Notes under the pieces: generated by a model | What the model was told of the DNA's origin: nothing | Database searches by the model: none | Seen by the model: the letters and a program-made list of their open reading frames with translations, nothing else | Shown here: one piece after another, positions 1 through 7,961 of the stretch | Layout of the letters: each line of letters begins with the position of its first letter | Numbering within the stretch: position 1 is the first letter of the stretch | Program-made: the position numbers and the translations under genes | Assembly (NCBI GenBank): GCA_964619365.1 | Contig: CAZUDQ010000004.1 | Coordinates: 77,285-98,126 of the forward strand | Direction: 5' to 3' | DNA length: 20,842 nt | DNA from: an uncultured archaeon | GTDB lineage: Archaea; Altiarchaeota; Altiarchaeia; JAFGQM01

Positions 1-850
1 TGCGAAAAAATCACAGACTCAGACCATAGAGACTACTGTTACTCTAATATTTCAGAAGATTCCAGCAGACCGGAACTCTGCGAAAAAATCACAGACTCAT
101 ATGATAAGGACCACTGCTATTCTGATATCGCAAGGAATTCCAATAGACCAGAACTCTGCGAAAAACTCACAGACTCATATGATAAGGGTAGCTGCTATTC
201 TACGATTGCAAGAGATTCCAATAAACTGGAACTCTGCGAAAAAATCACACACACAGAAAAGAAAGATAGCTGCTATTCTGATATCGCAAATGATTCCAAT
301 AAACCAGAACTCTGCGAAAAAATCACAGAAGAATCTGCAAAAAATTATTGCTATTCTAAGATTGCAAAGAGTTCCAATAGACCAGAACTCTGCGAAAAAA
401 TCAAGTCACAACATGATAAAAATAACTGTTATTTTGGCATTGCACTCGACTATTTACGCTCAGAACTCTGCGAAAAAATCACATACACAGAAAAGAAAGA
501 TAGCTGCTACCAAATGATTGAAGAGCAACTAGAACATGAAAATTTTGAAGAATCCATAGATAGTGAGAAGCCCATAGAATCTTATGGGATATTGGATTTA
601 GATTATTCTGATAGTGCATTGGAGAATAATGAACCTGAACTCTGCGGGAAAATCGTAAATGCACTTGATAGAGCTTGGTGTTATTCCGACATCGCACTAG
701 AATATGACCGGCCCGAACTCTGCGAAGAAATCACAGACGAACTTGAGAAGGATTGGTGTTATTCCGACATCGCACTAGAATATGACCGGCCCGAACTCTG
801 CGAAGAAATCACAGACGAACTTGAGAAGGATTGGTGTTATTCCGACGTCG
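1..850 (+). repeat. 78-bp coding tandem repeat with core GAACTCTGCGAAAAAATCACA
   Basis: The TGC codon of the core recurs at 1, 79, 157, 235, 313, 391 and 469, then 643, 721 and 799. 675-846 is a perfect 78-bp-period duplication. Confidence 0.95.
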
Positions 851-873
851 CAGAAAAATTTGAAAATATGTAA
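1..873 (+). CDS. Cys-rich 26-aa tandem-repeat protein (5'-partial, frame +1), probably extracellular and disulfide-bonded
   Basis: Frame +1 is open from base 1 to TAA at 871-873 and reads CEKITDSDHRDYCYSNISEDSSRPELCEKITDSYDKDHCYSDIARNSNRPELC..., continuous with the 514..873 ORF. About 10 units of ELC-EKI-x8-CY-x2-IA. Confidence 0.9.
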   Translation, partial: CEKITDSDHRDYCYSNISEDSSRPELCEKITDSYDKDHCYSDIARNSNRPELCEKLTDSYDKGSCYSTIARDSNKLELCEKITHTEKKDSCYSDIANDSNKPELCEKITEESAKNYCYSKIAKSSNRPELCEKIKSQHDKNNCYFGIALDYLRSELCEKITYTEKKDSCYQMIEEQLEHENFEESIDSEKPIESYGILDLDYSDSALENNEPELCGKIVNALDRAWCYSDIALEYDRPELCEEITDELEKDWCYSDIALEYDRPELCEEITDELEKDWCYSDVAEKFENM

Positions 874-1079
874 ATAGGGAATGAGGTTTATAGTGAGGTA
901 TGTTCTAATTTATATGATTTCAGTTCATCTTTAAAAATATGCACTATAGGGCAACATCATTATTAAGGATGTTTGATGTATGAAACTACTTAGTTATCCA
1001 GTATACGCGACAAAATAAGGTTTTTTAATAAAAGGCTTCAAATTAGGCGCTTAGTAGTTCCTTATTTCTAAACTTTTAA

Positions 1080-1153
1080 GCCGCTGTAGCTCAGTTTGGG
1101 AGAGCACCACGCTGAAGACGTGGGTGTCGTGGGTTCAAATCCCGCCGGCGGCA
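1080..1153 (+). tRNA. tRNA-Phe (GAA)
   Basis: Acceptor stem GCCGCTG/CGGCGGC, anticodon arm CCACG-CTGAAGA-CGTGG, T arm GTGGG-TTCAAAT-CCCGC. Discriminator A, no CCA, followed by a T8 tract. Confidence 0.97.
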
Positions 1154-1205
1154 TTTTTTTCTTAAAGAACTTTGCTTTTATTTTTAATCTTTAGAAATAT
1201 GTGCT

Positions 1206-1850
1206 ATGAAGCGACCCTATTATGAGGACGGCTGGATGCACGAAACTGCAAATTTTGTCAGGTCTATGAAGCCTCCGACAAGAAAGGATAAGGCAAAAAA
1301 GGCTGCCAGTTCTGCAAAGCGCAATGCTCTTAGCATAATTTATGCTTTAGTCCTAGGTGGACTTATTATCGCAGTATTTATGATAGCAAATCCCGCTAAA
1401 AGTTCTAATTGCGAGGCCTATCAAAGTATTATTCCAATAACCAAAGTCAGGGAAGAAACTGTTATGTATCCTGCAATCATGTCAAGAAAGAGCACAGTCA
1501 TTAGTGACTGGGAAAACCGTAGCAACAGCACGAGTTGCCGTGGGGTTGAACTCTTTGACACAAACGAAAGTTTTCTTTCCGACTGGAAAGGCATGATGAC
1601 AAAATATTACGAAGTCTATGGTGCCGATGATAATCCACAGATGAAACTCCTTTCACCTGCCGCCATGTTTGAGAAGGCAAAAGGATTTGACTGCGAGGAT
1701 ATGGCACATGCCTCACGGTGTCTTGCAAAAGAACATGATGTGGACTGCAGATTCTGGGTAGAAGAGCCGCTTGGGGAATTAATACCTGATAAAAGGGGTC
1801 ATCTTGGTATTTGTTGTGAGGCAACGCCGGGTGAGTGGCTTTGCATCTAA
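1206..1850 (+). CDS. Membrane-anchored protein with a transglutaminase-like (Cys-His) domain
   Basis: Single hydrophobic segment IIYALVLGGLIIAVFMIA; FDCEDMA motif resembling the GDCEDxA catalytic Cys; downstream GHLGIC His. Confidence 0.6.
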   Translation: MKRPYYEDGWMHETANFVRSMKPPTRKDKAKKAASSAKRNALSIIYALVLGGLIIAVFMIANPAKSSNCEAYQSIIPITKVREETVMYPAIMSRKSTVISDWENRSNSTSCRGVELFDTNESFLSDWKGMMTKYYEVYGADDNPQMKLLSPAAMFEKAKGFDCEDMAHASRCLAKEHDVDCRFWVEEPLGELIPDKRGHLGICCEATPGEWLCI

Positions 1851-1913
1851 AACGATATTTCCCCCATTTGGACCTAAATCTTAACCTGCCTCAAGCATAT
1901 TTAGATGACTCCT

Positions 1914-1972
1914 TACTATTTATATACTTTTATTTATAAATAGTATTAACTACTTATAAATAGTTAACTACT
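1914..1972 (+). promoter_or_regulatory. Promoter/operator-like array upstream of the wHTH regulator
   Basis: TATAAATAGT occurs at 1935 and 1955, plus an inverted copy (TACTATTTATA at 1914-1924). Palindromes TATTTATAAATA (1931-1942) and TAGTTAACTA (1961-1970) lie immediately before the ATG at 1973. Confidence 0.55.
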
Positions 1973-2734
1973 ATGGAATACACAAAGGAGAGTTTAAGGA
2001 GTCTTGCAGGCTCAAGGCTCAGGCAAGATATATTAAAATCTCTTGAAACCCCGATGAGGCTTTCTGAATTAAGGCGTGCAATAGGTGCAAATGCGCCAAA
2101 CACGTCTGCGCGGGCAAAAGAACTAGAGGCTATGGGTCTTGTCGAAAAAGAGCGTGGAGAATATTATATAACCTCATTTGGCAAGATTATCCGTGAACGC
2201 CTGAAATTACTTTCAGACACAATAGAGTCGTTTGAATTGCACAGGCACTTTTGGGAGAGGATAATGCCACACATATCAGAGTCAACAATATCCAGGATAC
2301 ACCTTTTCAAGGACGCAAAATTGCACAAAAGTGATGATTTCTCTCCCGTTCGCGCAAAAAACCATATAATACATATTATAGATGTATCACGAACCGAACT
2401 TTTAGTGGCATTACCAAACAGGGTAAGTTATGACATAACGCAGGCTTTGGAGAATGCAAAAAACAGGGGCGTTCAAATCACATTTATTCAGGCGCAGGGC
2501 GACAAACTGCATAACCTGGGAATGATAATAAGCGAAAATACGACAAGTATATTTACAGGGCTCCTTGACATGGCATTATCCATAGATAATTGTCTTATGG
2601 ATACACCAAGCTCATTTATCCTTGAAGGATTTTTCCCGAAAAATAATGAATCGAATCAAGCTCATCAACTTTCTATATTACCTTCAAATGTGCCCGCACT
2701 CTGGAATTCTTCAGCGTCAATTGCACGTTCGTAA
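1973..2734 (+). CDS. Winged helix-turn-helix transcriptional regulator (ArsR-like HTH plus DUF1724/HVO_A0261-like C-terminal region)
   Basis: N-terminal SRLRQDILKSLETPMRLSELRRAIGANAPNTSARAKELEAMGLVEKERGEYYITSFG is a typical archaeal wHTH, followed by the HRHFW..H segment seen in this regulator class. Confidence 0.8.
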   Translation: MEYTKESLRSLAGSRLRQDILKSLETPMRLSELRRAIGANAPNTSARAKELEAMGLVEKERGEYYITSFGKIIRERLKLLSDTIESFELHRHFWERIMPHISESTISRIHLFKDAKLHKSDDFSPVRAKNHIIHIIDVSRTELLVALPNRVSYDITQALENAKNRGVQITFIQAQGDKLHNLGMIISENTTSIFTGLLDMALSIDNCLMDTPSSFILEGFFPKNNESNQAHQLSILPSNVPALWNSSASIARS

Positions 2735-3123
2735 GTAACTACAACATTTTCGCGATACCTGCTTCCAAGTTCTCCACAGGAACCAATTGTTCTGGTGCAC
2801 AGGGTTTTTTCACCTGGAGCTATTGTTTCTGGAGAACATTCACCAGTCCCATCCTGAAAGTCTATTGTGCTCAGATTTTCATACGCTCCATTGTAAAAAA
2901 GCACACTTAGTTCACAGGTACTGCCAGTTTTTGCGACTTTCCATTCACCTGGGACAAGAACGCTAAACCCGACAGAAATCGGCTGAAGCCTTTCTTCCAT
3001 CTCAAAAAGGCCGAGTTGCCATACTGCAATAAATGACACAAGAATAACAATTACTGCCCACCCATAAGTGGACATATATTCGATTGCAGACTGCCCCCTT
3101 CTGGATGAAAGAATCTTTTGCAT
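2665..3123 (-). CDS. Type IV pilin-like protein with class III signal peptide
   Basis: RRG|QSAIEYMSTYGWAVIVILV: basic leader, G|Q cleavage site, E+5, hydrophobic helix. Confidence 0.9.
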   Translation of the reverse strand: MQKILSSRRGQSAIEYMSTYGWAVIVILVSFIAVWQLGLFEMEERLQPISVGFSVLVPGEWKVAKTGSTCELSVLFYNGAYENLSTIDFQDGTGECSPETIAPGEKTLCTRTIGSCGELGSRYRENVVVTYERAIDAEEFQSAGTFEGNIES

Positions 3124-3154
3124 GTTAAACTAAAGGTTTATGCAATAAAAGGAC

Positions 3155-3601
3155 TTATTCTGAAGCCCCCCAAAGGGTGCCTGAACTCTTTCTGAGAATG
3201 CCACCTGGGCCCACATAACTTAAGGAGACTACGGCCTCAAACCGCTCACCTGATGGAACCTTGTTGCAGCCAGCATTTGCCCTGCAAAGTATTGTGTCAC
3301 CTGCTGGGACGAGTTTTCCATTAGCCCCTTTATCACAAGCAATACCTTCAAAAGTGACGTTTCCAACACTTGCTCCTACTGTATTGATAAAAGAGACCGT
3401 GAGTTCGCCGGTTTCAGCCTTGCAGCCCCACTCTAGTGGTTTTATCGTCCCAAAGCCTTGATACCCCGGAGCGGCTAATGCTCCGCCACCTTCAAAGATG
3501 CCAAGCTGCCACATAAGGACTCCGACAACGACAACAACAAGAATCGCCCAGCCAAAAGTCATTAAGTACTCGGCACCACCCTGGCCTTTACGTAGAAGCA
3601 T
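3155..3601 (-). CDS. Type IV pilin-like protein with class III signal peptide
   Basis: RKG|QGGAEYLMTFGWAILVVVVVG. Paralogous to 2665..3123 (GF..(I/V).P.EW; C-terminal S(A/S)GT..G..E). Confidence 0.9.
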   Translation of the reverse strand: MLLRKGQGGAEYLMTFGWAILVVVVVGVLMWQLGIFEGGGALAAPGYQGFGTIKPLEWGCKAETGELTVSFINTVGASVGNVTFEGIACDKGANGKLVPAGDTILCRANAGCNKVPSGERFEAVVSLSYVGPGGILRKSSGTLWGASE

Positions 3602-4023
3602 GTTGAATTTATTATGACCATACCCAGGATGTTTGCAACACAGTTATTTTCGCCCTTTGTGATATTGAGTATTGTCGCATTAGATGTTATTATAGGGGAG
3701 GCCCAGACTAATTCGTCTGATTCCAGCCAGACAAAGCCATCACCTGAGAAAATATCGTATTCATGGTAACCGTATAAGTAGTCGGGAAGCATTATATCTC
3801 TAGAATATCCATGCCCGTTTCTTGAAATGACGTTTACTGCCTCTGCAATCCTTGTTGCGATTCCCTGTGCGTTTATAGAAAGCTTTAAGTTCTCGGCTTC
3901 TGAATTCTTCTGGAAAAATATCATTAAAAGCCCCAAAAAAAGTATTGCGACAAAAGCGATTACTATATTGAATTCTATTGAGGACTGTCCCTTAGAACTC
4001 CTGTTTCTTTGTAATGTTCTCAT
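3562..4023 (-). CDS. Minor pilin-like protein with class III signal peptide
   Basis: SKG|QSSIEFNIVIAFVAILFLGLL followed by a long helix and a NGHGYSRDIMLP segment. Confidence 0.85.
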   Translation of the reverse strand: MRTLQRNRSSKGQSSIEFNIVIAFVAILFLGLLMIFFQKNSEAENLKLSINAQGIATRIAEAVNVISRNGHGYSRDIMLPDYLYGYHEYDIFSGDGFVWLESDELVWASPIITSNATILNITKGENNCVANILGMVIINSTCFYVKARVVPST

Positions 4024-4054
4024 TTTAAGGACAATTCAGGATAGCCAAATTAAG

Positions 4055-4510
4055 CTACCTGTAAATATTTATTGTTCCCCCGTAAGGACCGTTATAATCA
4101 GTTGATTCGACATAAAAGACATAATATCCTTCAGTATTGGGAAACGGTGAACCTCCTTCATTATCCCACTCAACTTCCCCTTTTGTGCGCCGCCAAACAT
4201 CAGTATGTTCTCCTGCAACATCAACTGCTATATTGATAGTGTTTCCTGAAATGAATGAGGTAGGTTCGCCTAATACGTCAGGAGGCAGGTAGATACTGGC
4301 CTTAAGTCGTGTTGGATATCCTTGTGCATAAGCAAAATCCGCATATTCTGTCAGAGTATTTGCAGCTTTTATTGCAGAGCTCATTCCGGCTGTTTTTTGT
4401 GTCTGGGATATTTTGAAATAACCTGCCGAGAGAAGTACCATCAGGACAAGAAGGCCAAATCCTGTCAAGACCAAGTATTCTATTGCCGCCTGACCATATC
4501 CTTTTTTCAT
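4055..4510 (-). CDS. Minor pilin-like protein with class III signal peptide
   Basis: MKKGYG|QAAIEYLVLTGFGLLVL followed by an ADFAYAQGYPT...IYLP segment typical of archaeal minor pilins. Confidence 0.85.
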   Translation of the reverse strand: MKKGYGQAAIEYLVLTGFGLLVLMVLLSAGYFKISQTQKTAGMSSAIKAANTLTEYADFAYAQGYPTRLKASIYLPPDVLGEPTSFISGNTINIAVDVAGEHTDVWRRTKGEVEWDNEGGSPFPNTEGYYVFYVESTDYNGPYGGTINIYR

Positions 4511-4523
4511 TTGACTTTGAGCC

Positions 4524-5957
4524 TCACTTTTTAAGCTGCTCTTGTGGATTTTCTATGGTCTCTTTTATCTGTCCGAGTTCTGGGATACTTTCAAAAAGAC
4601 CTTCCTTTTCTATATAAAAACGTTCAATCAAATCCGAGACATCCTCTAAACTTTTGATACCTGTTTTTAACATATAATAAAGTACCATACGCCGCATCTC
4701 AAGTTCCTTCATTATATCTCTTTTATCTATTCTTGTAGATTCTGAGAGCTTATCAAGGAAAAGAATTGGCACCTCGATTTTTCCTTCTTTTACCCGCGCG
4801 ACATCATCTGTTGTCGGGTCCCATAAGAAGATATCTCCCATCATGACAGTTCCTTTTGTTTCGCCGGATACCTCAGAGACTTGTGTTATGCGCCTGACAA
4901 TCTTGCCCTTGTTCACAAACCTATTTTGTACCAAAACCAAGTCAAGAGTCCCGATTATATGTGGCGGTACTGACATAGGTTCGCTTTCTAGCCTGTCTGC
5001 GACTTCTCTAGAACTTGATGCGTGAAGGGTTCCCATCCCGATTCTTCCAATCTTCATTGCGTTAAAAAGCGTCATAGCTTCTTTGCCACGAATCTCCCCG
5101 ACGATTATCCTATCGGGGCGCATCCTTAAAGTGTCACGCAAAAGGGCGTCCATGTCAAACTCCTTGTTTGACTCAAGCTGAACCTTATTTTCGATGTTAA
5201 GAAGGGACAGTTCAAAAGTGTCCTCTATTGTTATTACTCTTTCCTTGGGTGGTATGAATGAGGATAGAGCGTTTAGCATTGTTGTCTTACCGGAACCAAC
5301 AGAGCCTGCGATAAGTATGTTTCCAGGAGTCAAATTCATCCCCTCGACTGCAAGCCAGAGGAATGATGCGAGGTCTAAGGACACAGTCCCGTTTTCCATA
5401 AGCTCGATTATGCTAAATGACTTCCTGCGTTGTTTTCTTATAGTCATTACAGCGCCCCTTGAAGGTATGTCGCCGTCAGTTATGTTCACCCTTGAACCAT
5501 CAACTGCAGCAAGGTCTGTTATCGTCGTATCTTTCTTGCCACTTGCCTCGCAGACATCCTTTGCTATCCTTTTTATTCCGTCGGCCGACACGAATTGGAT
5601 AAAGGTTTTGCACATCCCAAATTTCCTGTGGTATACAAAGACATTCTCACCTGCGCCGTTGACCATTATCTCTTCAAGATTATCATCATCAATCAGAGGC
5701 GATAAGACTCCGTATCCAAGAAGTTTTCCTGCAGCTTGAGCCGCGGCAAAATCAGACTTTGCACCTTTCTTTTTTGCAATCTCTTTTAGTTTTATCCAGC
5801 GTGCCTGAGCGTCAGGTATTGATTTTGACGCAGAAAGGTCGGCTTTTGTTAAAACAGGAGCTTTTACCCCCTTTGGAATCGCAATCTTATAGATGGGCAT
5901 GGGCTCCCCTTCTACAGACTCAATAGATACCTGTCCGTATTTTGTTAGGGTTTCCAT
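4524..5957 (-). CDS. Type II/IV secretion system (pilus assembly) ATPase, CpaF/TadA/VirB11 family
   Basis: LEEIMVNG, Walker A GSVGSGKT, ITIEDTFEL Asp box, LRMRPDRIIVGEIRG Walker B, GTLHA His box. Lies upstream of four pilins. Confidence 0.95.
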   Translation of the reverse strand: METLTKYGQVSIESVEGEPMPIYKIAIPKGVKAPVLTKADLSASKSIPDAQARWIKLKEIAKKKGAKSDFAAAQAAGKLLGYGVLSPLIDDDNLEEIMVNGAGENVFVYHRKFGMCKTFIQFVSADGIKRIAKDVCEASGKKDTTITDLAAVDGSRVNITDGDIPSRGAVMTIRKQRRKSFSIIELMENGTVSLDLASFLWLAVEGMNLTPGNILIAGSVGSGKTTMLNALSSFIPPKERVITIEDTFELSLLNIENKVQLESNKEFDMDALLRDTLRMRPDRIIVGEIRGKEAMTLFNAMKIGRIGMGTLHASSSREVADRLESEPMSVPPHIIGTLDLVLVQNRFVNKGKIVRRITQVSEVSGETKGTVMMGDIFLWDPTTDDVARVKEGKIEVPILFLDKLSESTRIDKRDIMKELEMRRMVLYYMLKTGIKSLEDVSDLIERFYIEKEGLFESIPELGQIKETIENPQEQLKK

Positions 5958-6129
5958 ATCTTAATTAATGGGGCGGTCTTAAAAATCGCCTTTAAGTATA
6001 ACATGAAACTCCTCAGTATTTTTATAGACAGCGTCCTTAGAATAGCTCGCCTGGCCTTAACTTTGCAGCATACCCGTATGCAAAAAAGCTAGGTTACGTT
6101 AAAGTCAATAGTAAACCAACCTATGTAAA

Positions 6130-6534
6130 ATGGCAGCAAAAGCAAAAAAGACAAGTAGCCCAAAATGCGCAAAAGCAAAATGTGCTAAAAAATCAGTGAC
6201 AAAAGCAGTGGCAAAAAGCACGCCCGTAAAGACAAGTGACAAGATAGCCCGCGGAGCAAAAGTTGCGCGCGCAAAAGGTGTCTATCGCACGCATGAGATG
6301 AAAGGACAAAAGATTGAGTTCTCTGTTAAAAAGCATGAGGATTCTGGAAAGAAAGTAGTAAGTGTCCATGGTGTTAAGATGTCAGGAGACGACGGAATCA
6401 TACACCAGAGAATCATCGGTAAAGCAGACCAGACAAAAGTCAAGGCGCACATCTCGCGTAACAATGATTTTGTCCGCGGCCTTAAAGCTGATGAAAACTT
6501 CCACGGATTTGCCTTTGTTACATCAAGGTCTTAA
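6130..6534 (+). CDS. Small basic protein with a histone-H1-like Lys/Ala-rich N-terminal tail
   Basis: MAAKAKKTSSPKCAKAKCAKKSVTKAVAKSTPVK... followed by a ~85-aa predicted beta-rich domain. Has its own TATA-like TTTTTATA (6019-6026) and a downstream hairpin/T-tract. Confidence 0.7.
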   Translation: MAAKAKKTSSPKCAKAKCAKKSVTKAVAKSTPVKTSDKIARGAKVARAKGVYRTHEMKGQKIEFSVKKHEDSGKKVVSVHGVKMSGDDGIIHQRIIGKADQTKVKAHISRNNDFVRGLKADENFHGFAFVTSRS

Positions 6535-6549
6535 GGAACTTTAATTAAA

Positions 6550-6587
6550 CGGGGCGACATAGTTTGCCTCGACAATCTTTTCTTTTT
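6550..6587 (+). terminator. Hairpin plus T-rich tract after the H1-like gene
   Basis: CGGGGCGA-catagt-TTGCCTCG (6550-6571) followed by TCTTTTCTTTTT. Confidence 0.5.
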
Positions 6588-6596
6588 AATTATTAA

Positions 6597-7037
6597 TCAA
6601 ACTTTTCGACCTAAAGGAAGCCTTGCGTTTTTTGGCAGGTTGTTTATTATGCGCGTTTCCTTAGGCTTTCCTATACCGATTATGTACTTTTTGTAACGTA
6701 TTATAGCAAAGTAGCCAAGTGAGGAAGCTTCAATGTCCTTTGGTATGGGTATGTCAAGACCGCTCATCCAGTCGCTTGCCGCATTTGATTCAATATCGAT
6801 TATGCATTTTGTTGCCATCTGCGAAGCATAGAGGCTAGGTCTAAAACGTCCTGCATCAAGAGTTCCAATGTACAAACCCCGGCGTCCCACTTGAAAAATA
6901 TCTCGACCCGTATAAAGGAATACTTTTTTCCCGCTTGAGAACAAAAGACCTTCAGGAAGCTTGATTCCATACATATCATTTAGGTGGCTTCTCAAGTCCC
7001 CTATTTCCAAGTCCGTGTTATTCCTCCCGTCATCCAT
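6597..7037 (-). CDS. NIP7/PUA-like protein (RsmF C-terminal-like domain), partner of the upstream methyltransferase
   Basis: GLYIGTLDAGRFRPSL...ASDWMSGLDI...IIGIGK..IINNLPK matches the archaeal RsmF-CTD/NIP7-like pattern. The ATG at 7037 lies within the last codons of the methyltransferase gene (8-bp overlap). Confidence 0.75.
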   Translation of the reverse strand: MDDGRNNTDLEIGDLRSHLNDMYGIKLPEGLLFSSGKKVFLYTGRDIFQVGRRGLYIGTLDAGRFRPSLYASQMATKCIIDIESNAASDWMSGLDIPIPKDIEASSLGYFAIIRYKKYIIGIGKPKETRIINNLPKNARLPLGRKV

Positions 7038-7917
7038 CTTTTTTGATTTTTGCAACAAAGAAAAATTCAGTATTATTGTCCCATGGATATATCCTTATAG
7101 CGTTTTCGCTACCTGGAAGAAGACCTTCTCTTGTCTCCATATTAAGTTTTTTCTTATCAATCACTTCAAGCTTTGCATTGTCCTCTTTTTCAAGTAGGTT
7201 AAGAACCACTTCCTCGTTTTCTTCAAGGCTTGAGGTGCAAGTCGAATAGACAAGTGTCCCCCCGGATTTTAGCGTGCCGTAAGCCTTTCGCAAGAGCCCT
7301 TTTTGAAGCCCGGAGATATTTCTTGCAAAGCCAGGCGTCCAGGTTCTAAGCACATGGGAGTTCTTTCTGGAAGAGCCCATGTTTGAGCAGGGGACATCAA
7401 CAAGAACCTTATCAAATATCTCATGTTGCGGGAACCTTAGTCCGTCAAAATGGGTGATGCAGGCGTTCATAACACCACACCTTTCCACATTTGCGACCAA
7501 AGCCTTTGAACGCGAGATGTCAGGTTCGTTTGCAATAATAGTATCACAAAAAGGCGCCATTTGCGTGGTTTTTGAGCCGGGCGCCGCACACATATCAAGG
7601 ACGCAGTCTTTTTCTTCCACATCAAGAACCAGTGGTGGGACCATGGATGCCGCTTCCTGAATATAAAAGTATCCGAATAGATGTGGGATGCTTGCGCCAA
7701 TCCCTTTTCCTTCTACCCAAAAACCTGTTGGACACCAAGGAATGGGCGTTGCGTTTAGATTCTTTAGTTCCTCTGAGAAATCTTCAATCGAGGTCTTAAG
7801 GGGGTTTACTCTTATAGATCTTTTTGGCTCGCGGGAAACCCATTCTAAAAAAGTCTCAAACTCATCACCTAAAAGATTCTTGTGGTACTCCTCGCACTTC
7901 TTGTTTATTTTTGTCAT
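7030..7917 (-). CDS. NOL1/NOP2/Sun (RsmB/RsmF) family RNA cytosine-C5 methyltransferase
   Basis: YIQEAASM, VLDMCAAPGSKTTQ, FDKVLVDVPCS, LVYSTCT..EENE and FFVAKIKK motifs. Confidence 0.95.
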   Translation of the reverse strand: MTKINKKCEEYHKNLLGDEFETFLEWVSREPKRSIRVNPLKTSIEDFSEELKNLNATPIPWCPTGFWVEGKGIGASIPHLFGYFYIQEAASMVPPLVLDVEEKDCVLDMCAAPGSKTTQMAPFCDTIIANEPDISRSKALVANVERCGVMNACITHFDGLRFPQHEIFDKVLVDVPCSNMGSSRKNSHVLRTWTPGFARNISGLQKGLLRKAYGTLKSGGTLVYSTCTSSLEENEEVVLNLLEKEDNAKLEVIDKKKLNMETREGLLPGSENAIRIYPWDNNTEFFFVAKIKKDG

Positions 7918-7961
7918 ATACAGCGACTATTTTTCTGTTTGAAAGCTTTAAATCTAACAAC

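Noticed and set aside
101-517. 138-aa ORF in frame +2 from the ORF track
   Set aside because: It is a shadow frame of the repeat. Frame +1 is open throughout, gives the conserved Cys pattern and joins the 514..873 ORF.
1-850. Regularly spaced GAACTCTGCGAAAAAATCACA repeats as a CRISPR array
   Set aside because: The intervening sequences are homologous to each other, the period is 78 bp (26 codons), the frame is open with conserved Cys, and there are no cas genes.
5194-5739. 181-aa plus-strand ORF and other antisense ORFs (for example 12139..12894, 9347..9724, 14868..15221)
   Set aside because: They lie entirely antisense to well-supported genes and show no recognisable motifs.
7824-7961. N-terminal extension of the transglutaminase ORF
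   Set aside because: It overlaps the start of the divergent methyltransferase gene. The ATG at 7962 directly precedes a clear signal peptide.
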